64,000 nucleotides of DNA from Chitinophagales bacterium (GCA_965216955.1 CBDCGV010000016.1:160715-224714); one strand, 5' to 3'. Shown: positions 32,099 through 41,900, counted from the stretch's first letter. A program made the numbers and translations. Notes: generated from the letters alone by a model not told the origin.

Positions 32099-32792
32099 AG
32101 TTCTCTTTTATCTGAGTACAAGCTACTATTGCAGCCGTTTCAACTCTTAAGCGATATTGGCTCAAAGTTATTGGTTGAAATTCATTTTTCATAGCTAATT
32201 TAATTTCCTCTGAAGTGAAATCACCTTCAGGGCCAATTAATATAATGCTATCAGTTTTATTTGTCAAAATATCGGCAATCCGTTTTTTAGCAATTAAGCC
32301 TTCTTCACAAAAAGCAATCATTTTTGTTTCTATTTCTGTTTTCAAAACATCTGAAAAAGTTGTTAATGGAAGTATTTCTGGCTTAACCAACCTATTACTT
32401 TGCTTCGTTGCAGACCTTATAATTTTGCTTATTCTTTCTATATTAATCCTATTCCTCTCTGTTCTCTTTGTCATCAAAGGGATAATCTGTGTCACTCCTA
32501 TCTCTGTTACTTTTTCTACCAACCACTCAAATCGAGCTACCTTTTTAGGCAACGCAACACACAATATAATATCTGTGAGCATTCGTTCATTGGCTAATAA
32601 TTCTTTAAGAATTACTGAGTAATGTCTTTTATTGATTTCTATAATTTCAGCTTTCCAAAGTTTTCCTTTACCATCAATCACTTCAATTTCATCTCCAATA
32701 GAAATCCGTAACACCTTACAGTGTTTACTTTCTTCTTCACTTAAAACTACCAGGTTATTTTCTCCTACTATATCGGCAAAAAATCGATGCAT
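32085..32792 (-). CDS. rsmE: 16S rRNA (uracil1498-N3)-methyltransferase RsmE
   Basis: MHRFF..., the PUA-like N-terminus, KVTEIGV..I.PL.T.R, and LIGPEGDFT..E (SPOUT knot). Confidence 0.85.
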   Translation of the reverse strand: MHRFFADIVGENNLVVLSEEESKHCKVLRISIGDEIEVIDGKGKLWKAEIIEINKRHYSVILKELLANERMLTDIILCVALPKKVARFEWLVEKVTEIGVTQIIPLMTKRTERNRINIERISKIIRSATKQSNRLVKPEILPLTTFSDVLKTEIETKMIAFCEEGLIAKKRIADILTNKTDSIILIGPEGDFTSEEIKLAMKNEFQPITLSQYRLRVETAAIVACTQIKENFDEY

Positions 32793-32798
32793 TCCTCT

Positions 32799-32834
32799 AA
32801 AATAAAAAGGCGCTACTTATTTTGGTAGCACCTT
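32799..32834 (-). terminator. candidate rho-independent terminator ending the giant-gene/porP/porE-like unit
   Basis: On the minus strand, the stem aaggtgctac / gtagcgcctt (one G-U pair) has an 8-nt loop and is followed by TTTTATTTT. It lies between the OmpA-family stop (32925) and the rsmE start (32792). Confidence 0.55.
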
Positions 32835-32924
32835 CTCTCTATTCTTTGTTTATTTTCTTTATTATTCTCCCTTTTATCTTAAATCACACCGCATCCTACG
32901 GTAGTTAAAACGTATCTTCGATAG

Positions 32925-35219
32925 TTAAAAAGGACAATCTGTACATGGATCTACTATGATATCCACTCGCTCTATACTTCGCTGATCAATACCATTGCCA
33001 ATCACCCTAAACTCTGTTCTTCTGTTTCGCTGATGCTCCTCCTCACTACAAGGCACATTGTCCACACATCCATTCACCGTCTGCGTCTCCCCATAGCCGA
33101 CCGCTACCAATCGATCTCTTGAGATTCCTCGTTGTACCAACCAATCTACAGCAGCCTTTGCCCTACGCTCTGATAAAGCAATATTATATGCATAACTCGC
33201 TCTCGCATCCGTATGAGATCCTATCTCTACTATCGTTCCACCATTCAATCTCATAAACTCCTCCACTACACTTAAATCGATCTCCGCCTCATTTCTAATA
33301 TAACTCTGATCAAAATCATAGTAGATATGATGTAATAAAATTCCTCCTCCACGCTCACCAGGCTGTACATAAGGATCTCTCGGGTCTACCACTATCGTCT
33401 GTAACTTTGGCAATGGAACGATCGCCTTCACTGTACCACTAGCTCCTCTTGTCGTCACATCTACACTCCCAGGTCCATAGCCCGTTGCTGTCGCCCCTAC
33501 ATTGTAATCACAATCCACCTCTACCTCATAATAACTCTTCCCACTTATATCACTACTACCCTCCTGCTTATCTTCACTACATAAACTCTGTACCAACACA
33601 CTCGACGTTGGTATTGGATTACGCGTATCCGCATCAATCACCAACACCTCTAAATCCAAGGGCTCTTCCTGCTCTAAGGGGATCTTTACATAGACCTTAC
33701 CACCTGGCTTCACGCCTACCGTGCTCGCCTCCTTCAACTCACAACCGTAACCCTCCGCACAGCCTTCCAAACGATACTCCCTACCAGGCAGTACATTAAA
33801 CTCAAACTCCCCATCACATTCTACCTTTCTGCTGCCGATCTCATCGCCCTCATACATCAACAATACATCTGCTCCACAGATTGGCTCATCCGTCTTCGCA
33901 TCTACTACGATACCTTCCAATGTTATGCCCTCATCGGTGAAACTATAAATATCATCACTGCCATAGCCGCCAGGACGATCACTCGTCAAAAAGCCGCCTG
34001 ACTTATCTTCATTAAAGATCAAACTGAAATCATCATGACTACTATTCAACGGCGCACCCATGTTCTTCACTGCTCCCCAGCTTGTACCACTGCCCTTCAC
34101 ACGGAAGATATCCAAACCACCTAAGCCACCCTGGCCATCACTGGCAAAGTACAACTCATTGTCCTTATCCACATAAGGAAACATCTCATCTCCTTCCGTA
34201 TTGATATCTGGACCTAAGTTCATCGGTACTCCCCAGCTGCCGACGCCTTCTGCCTCACATACATATAAATCCGTGCCACCATAACCGCCAGGCATGTCAC
34301 TAACAAAATATAAATAACTGCCATCTGCACTCACCGCTGGGTGACCGACACTGTATTCATCATTGTTGTACTTAAACTCCCCGATATTCGTCCACTTCTC
34401 TCCCTCTATGTCCGCCGAATAAATCTTCAACTTCACAATCTTATCGCTACTCTTACCCACCTTGCCAAATACACCGCGATTGTCATAGTTGTTTCTCGTA
34501 AACAATACCTTACTGCCCCCCTCTAAAAAAGTCATAGGACCTTCATGGTACTTCGTATTCACTCTGCCCTTAATCGTCTTCGGCTTACTCCAGTTGTCAC
34601 TCTCCTCGCCCCCTTCTTGCTCTACATAGTATAAATCATAAAAGGGCTCCCCGATCCATGTATGTACACGACTCAACGATTGCGCACTATCTCTACTTGA
34701 AGAAAAAATCACTCCTTCTTTGTAGTAATTGGGAGCAAAGTCATACACACTGCTGTTAAAAGGCATATGCTCTAAGGTATAGCGACTCGCATCTTCATAA
34801 AACTGCCGGTAACCCTTAGAAGCCTTCATCTCATTGTCTGCACGGCTATCACTAGGAACAAACTCACGGTACTGACTGTACCACTTCACCGCTTCGCCAT
34901 ACTTCTCATTGATCTGTAGTACCTGAGCATAATACAACAAATGTACAGGCTCCGCCTCTGAATATTGTACCACCTTGCTGTACCAATACTCCGCTTCATC
35001 GTATTGATTCGTCAATCGGTAACAATCTGACAGCTTCCACATCGCCTCAAAATTATCCTCCTTGCTCAGTAAATCCTGATACAACTCGATCGCTGGCGTA
35101 TACGCTAGCTTATCATAAGCCTCATTGGCACGCTGTAGCTTCCCCTGTCCATAAGATGTCATCGACATCGATAGCAGCAGTACTGATAATAAACTTGGTA
35201 GTATGGCTCGTATTTTCAT
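32925..35219 (-). CDS. PorE(PG1058)-like OmpA-family protein, locus-associated paralogue (TPR, PD40 beta-propeller repeats, two CRD-like beta-sandwiches, OmpA_C)
   Basis: A signal peptide is followed by TPR-like AYDKLAYTPAIELYQDLL...YWYSKVV...AVKWYSQY. The PD40-type repeats are GHPAVSADGSYLYFVSDMPGGYGGTDLY, EMFPYVDKDNELYFASDGQGGLGGLDIF and DDFSLIF...GGFLTSDRPGGYGSDDIY. The OmpA_C part reads IGSHTDARAS..YN..LS.RRA.A.V.WL...GI...R....GYGE...........C.E..HQ.NRRTEF. Confidence 0.85.
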   Translation of the reverse strand: MKIRAILPSLLSVLLLSMSMTSYGQGKLQRANEAYDKLAYTPAIELYQDLLSKEDNFEAMWKLSDCYRLTNQYDEAEYWYSKVVQYSEAEPVHLLYYAQVLQINEKYGEAVKWYSQYREFVPSDSRADNEMKASKGYRQFYEDASRYTLEHMPFNSSVYDFAPNYYKEGVIFSSSRDSAQSLSRVHTWIGEPFYDLYYVEQEGGEESDNWSKPKTIKGRVNTKYHEGPMTFLEGGSKVLFTRNNYDNRGVFGKVGKSSDKIVKLKIYSADIEGEKWTNIGEFKYNNDEYSVGHPAVSADGSYLYFVSDMPGGYGGTDLYVCEAEGVGSWGVPMNLGPDINTEGDEMFPYVDKDNELYFASDGQGGLGGLDIFRVKGSGTSWGAVKNMGAPLNSSHDDFSLIFNEDKSGGFLTSDRPGGYGSDDIYSFTDEGITLEGIVVDAKTDEPICGADVLLMYEGDEIGSRKVECDGEFEFNVLPGREYRLEGCAEGYGCELKEASTVGVKPGGKVYVKIPLEQEEPLDLEVLVIDADTRNPIPTSSVLVQSLCSEDKQEGSSDISGKSYYEVEVDCDYNVGATATGYGPGSVDVTTRGASGTVKAIVPLPKLQTIVVDPRDPYVQPGERGGGILLHHIYYDFDQSYIRNEAEIDLSVVEEFMRLNGGTIVEIGSHTDARASYAYNIALSERRAKAAVDWLVQRGISRDRLVAVGYGETQTVNGCVDNVPCSEEEHQRNRRTEFRVIGNGIDQRSIERVDIIVDPCTDCPF

Positions 35220-35278
35220 CGTTTTTCTTTTTTTGTCCTTCTGGTTTCCTTCTTCTATTAGATATAGAAAACTCTAAG

Positions 35279-36286
35279 TTAAAAATATCTTGGCGTTATA
35301 ATCTTACTCTTATCAAAACTAAAGTCAAAGCCCATAATCACCTCATGGGTTCCACTACCAGTGAAATCATTCAACTCCGTTAAAGTATAATCATAGGCAT
35401 AGCCAATCATAAATTGTTTCGTCACCCAAAACTCCAACAACGCATCAAAACTATCCGAATTCGTCAACTTCTCCTTCTCCTCTCGATTGCCAAACGTTGT
35501 TCGATATGTAGCGCCGATGTTTAAGCGGTCAAACAATAAAAAACTTAAGTTAAAGTCCGTAGAAAAAGGACTCTTGTATTCTCCACTTAAGATGTGCTTA
35601 AACATCACCTGAGGACGGATCTTTACCGTACCTGAAGTACCTAAATTGATCACACCTCCTGCCATCGCAAACATGTGTGGTACACGTTGAGCTATTAAGC
35701 CATTCGATAAGCGAGGTTGCTCCTCATTGTACAATTCTGATTTAATGAAGTTCGGTACACTGAAACCTACATAGAACTTGTCTGGATTGTAGAAATAAAA
35801 ACCTGCGCCTACATCCGGCATCACCTTACTTACATCATCCTGTAAGGAAGGATCACCTACATCATTGCTGATCAAACAAGTTAAACAATGCTTGTAATAT
35901 AATATACCCGCATTCACACCAAAACTCAACTTCGTGGCGCCACCACCTAATGGTACACGGTAAGCATACGTTACATTGAACCAGTTTTGGTTTACTTCCC
36001 CTAAACGGTCATTCACAAAGTTAAAGCCTAAGGCTAAATCCTCATTCTTCAAAGGACTATGAATCGAAAATGTCGCATTCTGGGGATGACCCTCGATGCC
36101 CGTCCATTGATTACGGTACAACGCGCGAATGCTTAATACCTCATTCGCCCCTGTATAGGCCGAGTTGATCGGTAGCTTATTGAACATAAACTGCGTGTAC
36201 TGAGGCTCTTGTTGACCCAGCACTGAGATACTTAGAAGCAATAACAACACCCCTAGTGACTTTCGTATTATTCTCATATAGCTCAT
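35279..36286 (-). CDS. type IX secretion system membrane protein, PorP/SprF family
   Basis: A signal peptide is followed by QQEPQYTQFMFNKLPINSAYTG, the family signature N-terminus. It has a beta-barrel-like alternating pattern, a C-terminal ...TPRYF, and a length of about 335 aa. It lies directly downstream of a type-B CTD ORF. Confidence 0.9.
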   Translation of the reverse strand: MSYMRIIRKSLGVLLLLLSISVLGQQEPQYTQFMFNKLPINSAYTGANEVLSIRALYRNQWTGIEGHPQNATFSIHSPLKNEDLALGFNFVNDRLGEVNQNWFNVTYAYRVPLGGGATKLSFGVNAGILYYKHCLTCLISNDVGDPSLQDDVSKVMPDVGAGFYFYNPDKFYVGFSVPNFIKSELYNEEQPRLSNGLIAQRVPHMFAMAGGVINLGTSGTVKIRPQVMFKHILSGEYKSPFSTDFNLSFLLFDRLNIGATYRTTFGNREEKEKLTNSDSFDALLEFWVTKQFMIGYAYDYTLTELNDFTGSGTHEVIMGFDFSFDKSKIITPRYF

Positions 36287-36367
36287 CTTTTCCTTTTTTT
36301 CTTTTTCGCTTTTTAGAGCAGCCGGGGTACTCTATCACCACCGGCTCCCCCGTTATTAATTAATTAC

Positions 36368-37936
36368 TTAGCGTTGTAACGTTATAAAACTTGATAACGC
36401 TTGTCGCTGTAACCCTTCATTCCACCTTAGTATGTAATAATACACTCCATCCGGAAGTGGACGCTCCATATAGGTGCCATCCCAGCCTGTCAATGGATCA
36501 TTTACATTCTCATAATCAGAACATCTGTACACCTCATTACCCCATCTGTTAAAGATGATCAACTCTACATTCTCTCTACCTTCTACACAAGGAATATAGA
36601 ATGTCTCATTGTATCCATCATTATTTGGTGTAATTACTTGTGGTACTATACAATCCCCTATTGTAATAAACACCCATGCCGTATCTACATCATTCGGACC
36701 ACACAATGCCGTATCAGCTGATTCATCGCAGATTACATACTGGAAGCTATCCACACCCTCAAAGTCGGTTGCTGGTGTGTAAGTAATCGTTCCATCAGGA
36801 TTTATTACTGCTGTTCCACCATTTACAGTTGTTGTCGTTGGTAATAAATCACCACTTGTTGGATCCAGCACACCGATCACGATGATCGTATCTCCACTGA
36901 TATCATTCGTAGGGACAGGAATCGTTACAGGAGTATTGAAAGTTGTTATAGTCTTATCATCAACCGCTTCAGGTCTATCTTCTTCAGGTAATACAACAAT
37001 TATGGTCGTATCACAAAGACCCAAAGAAGCATCACAATGAATCACACATAACTGCATCGTATCTACTCTATCAGTTGGTACTATTACCACTCCATTATCA
37101 CAACCCAATCCATCATTAAACACTAGTGTATCTGCTGTGCCCTGATCACAAATGACAGTACTCGTAATCGATCCAGGAAGATCTATTACATCATCCAAGC
37201 ACAATACCGTATCTGGTGTAATAATTGTATCTGTCACCGGCTTAATCGCTATGATGATTGTGGTATCACACAAGCCATTTACACAGTGTACTATACATGA
37301 CGTATCACTACCTCTAAAGTTGTCAATATCATCAATCATTAAGGTGATGCAAGCATTGGTGCTGTTCGGCATCGGAGTAGTCTCTAGACCGTCGCCATTT
37401 TCACAAACTGCTGCACTATCAAATGGTGCGGTAAGCTCTACTATCGTAGCACCCAAGCACGTATCGATAAATTGATCACTTCCTACTGGTATATAGATCG
37501 TATCGATTTCTACTGCAGGACGCAAGATAATGATCGTCGTATCACATTCTGTATCATTACAGTGTACTACACACAGTGTATTATTCGATATTAGTGGTGC
37601 ACTGTTGATCGAAATGGCTACACATTCTGTGGTATCTGCTGTTGCTGTTGAGTTAATACCCTGACCGCATACTGTACTGCTCGTTAATGGACCAGCGATG
37701 TCTAAGCCACTAGTCACACATACTTCTATCACCGTATCTGTTGGAAGTACATCACGATAGATTGTATCGACTGTAATCACTTCTTCTGGAATCAAGACTA
37801 TAATCGTTGTATCACAGTCTGTATCATTACAATGTACTACACACAGTGTATCGTATTCGATGTCAGTGGGGCATCTGTAATTGATCGAGATCTGATACAC
37901 ATTCGGTGGTATCTGCAGTCGCTGTTGAATTAGCAC
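36368..37936 (-). CDS. C-terminal portion of the giant surface protein: four-Cys modules, a cadherin/Big-like domain, and a gliding motility-associated C-terminal domain (T9SS type-B CTD)
   Basis: The last roughly 95 aa (about 36371-36660) read VITPNNDGYNETFYIP...LIIFNRWGNEVY...WDGTY...LPDGVYYYILRW...SSFITLQR, which matches the CHU_C/TIGR04131-type signature as I recall it. Upstream is AVDD..T....PV.I.V..ND...G.ITYTP...F.G.DSF.Y.I.D (cadherin-like). There is no signal peptide or credible start; the ORF opens inside a degraded module repeat. Confidence 0.85.
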   Translation of the reverse strand: MLIQQRLQIPPNVYQISINYRCPTDIEYDTLCVVHCNDTDCDTTIIVLIPEEVITVDTIYRDVLPTDTVIEVCVTSGLDIAGPLTSSTVCGQGINSTATADTTECVAISINSAPLISNNTLCVVHCNDTECDTTIIILRPAVEIDTIYIPVGSDQFIDTCLGATIVELTAPFDSAAVCENGDGLETTPMPNSTNACITLMIDDIDNFRGSDTSCIVHCVNGLCDTTIIIAIKPVTDTIITPDTVLCLDDVIDLPGSITSTVICDQGTADTLVFNDGLGCDNGVVIVPTDRVDTMQLCVIHCDASLGLCDTTIIVVLPEEDRPEAVDDKTITTFNTPVTIPVPTNDISGDTIIVIGVLDPTSGDLLPTTTTVNGGTAVINPDGTITYTPATDFEGVDSFQYVICDESADTALCGPNDVDTAWVFITIGDCIVPQVITPNNDGYNETFYIPCVEGRENVELIIFNRWGNEVYRCSDYENVNDPLTGWDGTYMERPLPDGVYYYILRWNEGLQRQALSSFITLQR

Positions 37937-38905
37937 CCTTGACCGCAGACCGTACCACTTGTTAAGTGGTCCATCAATATCTAAGCCACTACTTACGCAC
38001 GCAAGTACTTCGTATCAAGGTATCTGTTTGAAGTACATCACCGGCACATAGATTGTATCTACCGTAATTGGATCTTACAGGCACTAATACAACAATGGTT
38101 GTATCACAGTCCGTATCGTTGCAGTGTACTACACATAGTGTATTATTCGATGTCAGTGGTGCACTGTTGATCGAGATTGCTATATCTAAGCACTCTGTCC
38201 GTATCATGCATCACTATGCTGTTGAATTAGCACCCATGACCACATACTAGAAGCACGCTTGTCAATGCGTGTCCAGCGATGTCTATAAGCCACTAGTCAT
38301 CACATACATTCTATCACTAGTATCTTCTGTAGGAAGTACATGGTACGATAAATCGTATCTACGTTGTAATCGGATCTTCAGGGATCTAAGATAATGATCG
38401 TTGTATCACAGTCCGTATCGTTACAGTGCACTACACACAGTGTATTATTCTCATGTTAGTGGTGCACTATTGATTTCGAGATGGCTACACACTCCGTGGT
38501 ATCTGCAGTCGCTGTTGAATTAGTTACCCTGACCACAGACCGTACCACTTGTAAGTGGACCATCGATATCTAATTCACTTGTTACTCAAACATAATGATC
38601 CAGCAGTATCTGTCGGAAGCTATATTCTCTATGCGAATTGTATCTACTAACTAATTGGCAACTTCTGGAATCAATACAACAATGGTTGTCTCACAACTTG
38701 CACCGCTACAATGTTCCACACATAATGTATCATTCTCTGTCAATGGAACATTATTGATTGACAAGTATCTATACATTCCGTGTCATCGGCTGTTACAGTC
38801 GCATCTACTACCCTGACCACATACAGTACCGCTTGTAATTGGACCACTTAAAGTCAAAGGTTGTACCGTAAACACATACTTCTCTTATTGTATCCGCTGC
38901 CTGAG
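37937..38905 (-). pseudogene. frameshift- and stop-riddled segment of the giant gene (3-4 degraded copies of the four-Cys ...CVVHCNDTDCDTTI... module)
   Basis: The module DNA is recognisable in shifting frames (CVVHCNDTDCDTT at about 38101 and 38403; CVEHCSGASCETT at about 38688). The giant ORF's TAG at 38906-38908 is itself caused by a frame slip, because the +2 frame continues AQAADTIREVCV, the normal module start. Spacing of the gtatcaca landmark is 285-302 nt here against 255-276 nt in intact copies. Confidence 0.7.
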
Positions 38906-41900
38906 CTACTGATTACTGGTAACAGTATCCACCACCGGACATTCTACACATACATAAACACTGTCCATACATTCAGGACTGGCTTTGTCTACCAATGTAA
39001 TCCAGTGACAACCTGATGATAATCCTTCTATCAACGTGCCTTTGCTCTCTTTTCTCAACTCATACAATTCTATTACTATTCCTGTTGCTGGAACAAAGAT
39101 CTCTAGCACTCCATAATCATTCGCATTTCTTCCACCCTCTATTGAATTACCATCTATCAATGTCCATGCTCCCGCAGGATCCATCGTTTGCATATAAGAT
39201 GTCAATTCTGCTAACGTACTGTAATTGAAGTTAGGATCTGCTACATCGACACCGTTGATCATCCAGCTCAACAAGAAGAAGTCACTACCTACATAATCAC
39301 CATCCAATATCGCATCTCTGAACTCATATCTCACAAACGTATCTACATCACAGATAAATGGTAAATCAAACTGTACCTCTCCGTCGATGTACAAGTCATA
39401 GCCTGTAAACTCTGTAAATGGTAATGGCAAGCAGTAATCGCCTGTTCCGCCATTACAAGCCACTAGAGCACTATCCTCACTGATGATATCATCAGGACAT
39501 GGTACGGTTACAATTATTATCGTGGTATCACATACGCCATCTGCATCACAGTGTATCACACAAGCAGTGTCTGTACCTATGAAATCTTCTGGTGTCGTAA
39601 CACGCACACAATTGCTCGTATCATTCACACTCACCGTCACATCATCTCCCTGATCACAGATACTTGCACTCACCACATCGCCGATCTGTAAGATGGAAGT
39701 ATCTAAACAAATCTCCTCTGTGGAATCCTGTGGTATCGTTACCCATATCGTATCTATCGGTGGTACTTCCACTACTGGTGGAATCGTTACCACGATGATC
39801 GTTGTATCACAGAAACCTGTGGTACTATCACATACATAGACACATACTGTTTCTACTGTATCATCAATACTGCCAGATGTAATCTCCACACACAACGCAC
39901 TGCTTACTACCGTGCTCACTAACGTGCCACCATCACAGATCACTAGTGTGCTCGTTGGTGTAAAGCCAGTCTCTATATCCACACATACTTCCTCTGTGCT
40001 ATCCACTGGAATCGTTACTGGGATCGTATCTATCACCGGTGGCTCTACGCAATCTACACAGACTACCACACTATCCGCTGGACATAAGCCATCTTTAGAA
40101 CGTAAGGTGATTGTATGACAACCCGCAGGTAGATCTTCGATCAACGTTCCTTTGCTCTCTTTTCTCAACTCATACAACTCAAGTACGATACCCGTTGTTG
40201 GTATAAAAATCTCCATCACTCCATAGTCATGCGTATTTCTACCGCCTTCGATTGAACCTCCATCTACTAGCTCCCATAATCCTTCTGGATCTACACTTAA
40301 CATGAAGTCTCTCAATTCTTCTAATGTTGAGTATTGGAAATTCGGATCTACTACATCTACTCCATCTATCATCCATCTCAACAAGAAGAAGTCATTACCT
40401 ATATAATCGCCATCTGCTATCGCATCTCTGAAGTCATATCTAATGAATGTATCCACATCACAGATAAATGGTAAGTCAAAGTATACCACACCATCGATGA
40501 AGATATCATACCCTGTATGCTCTGTAAATGGTAATGGCAAACAGTAATCACCGGTCTCCGTTACAGGATCACAGAACACATAAGCCGTGTCTGGAAGATC
40601 CAAGCAATCAGGACACAATGTATTATCAACCGTTACAGTTATCGTATCAGTATCAACACAACCATCACCATTCACTACTCCAACCACATATGTTGTAGTA
40701 ACAATAGGACTCTCAGTTATAACTGAAGTTGTATCTCCTGTACTCCATATGTAACCAATAGCCGTTGCACTAGTTGCAGTCAGTGTCACTTCTTCACCAG
40801 GACAAATTGTAGTATCGCCTGGAGTTATCACAACATTTACCTGATCATTTAGTGCCGTTATTGTTATTACAATACTATCGCAACCGTTTGCTGCACCTCC
40901 TACTATGGTATCTACCACAGTACCTACTTCTGCAGGGTCACAAGTTGTCGCATTCACTGTTGATGTAGATGGTGGTAATAATGTTGTTACTGTTGTTACA
41001 ATACTATCGCAACCATTCGCTGCGCCACCTACTATCGTATCTACTTCTGTACCCGCTTCTGCAGGATCACAGGTTGTCGTATTTACAGTAGATGTAGATG
41101 GTGGTAATAATGTTGTTACTGTTGTTACAATACTATCGCAACCATTCGCTGCGCCACCTACTATTGTGTCTACGTCAATACCCGCTTCTGCAGGATCACA
41201 GGTTGTTGTATTCACTGTAGCTCTTGCCGTTGGTAATAATGTAGTTATTGTTGTTACTATACTATCACAACCATTCGCTGCGCCACCTACTATCGTATCT
41301 ACTTCTGTTCCTACTTCTGCAGGATCACAGGTTGTTGCATTTACTGTAGCACTTGCTGTTGGTAATAATGTAGTTACTGTTGTTACTATACTATCACAAC
41401 CATTCGCGGCACCACCTACTATCGTATCTACTTCTGTTCCTACTTCTGCAGGATCACAGGTTGTCAAGTTCACTGTTGAGCTTGCCGTTGGCAATAATGT
41501 AGTTATTGTTGTTACTATACTATCACAACCATTGGCTGCACCATCTACTATCGTATCTACCTCTGTTCCTACTTCTGCAGGATCACAGGTTGTCAAGTTC
41601 ACTGTAGCACTTGCTGTTGGCAATAATCTAGTTATTGTTGTTACTATACTATCACAACCATTCGCTGCACCGCCTACTATCGTATCTACTTCTGTTCCTA
41701 CTTCTGCAGGATCACAGGTTGTTGCATTTACTGTAGTACTAGCTGTTGGTAACAATGTTGTTACAGTTGTTACTATACTATCACAACCATTCGCGGCACC
41801 ACCTACTATCGTATCTACTTCTGTTCCTACTTCTGCAGGATCACAGGTTGTTGCATTTACTGTAGCACTTGCTGTTGGCAACAATCTAGTTATTGTTGTT

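Noticed and set aside
32215-32622. A 135-aa plus-strand ORF inside rsmE, plus similar small antisense ORFs in aceK, the acyl-CoA dehydrogenase gene, rluF and others
   Set aside because: Each is nested opposite a confidently identified gene and has no motifs. These are expected by chance in AT-rich DNA when alternative start codons are allowed.
33449-33799. A 116-aa plus-strand ORF rich in His, Pro, Leu and Ser
   Set aside because: It is antisense to the well-supported PorE-like gene. Its composition reflects the C-rich, G-poor plus strand, and no motif is present.
36300-36367. A GC-rich hairpin (agccgg...ccggct) between the CTD ORF and porP/sprF, considered as a possible terminator
   Set aside because: The stem is only 6 bp with a long loop. 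On the transcribed (minus) strand it is followed by an A-rich rather than a U-rich tract. Co-transcription of the cargo with porP/sprF is more likely.
37850-38910. Diversity-generating retroelement or phase-variation switch as the cause of the scrambled segment
   Set aside because: The changes are mostly single-base indels, not adenine-specific substitutions. There is no reverse transcriptase or template repeat nearby. No homopolymer or short SSR tract exists that could slip reversibly, and multiple independent frame breaks could not be reset by one slippage event.
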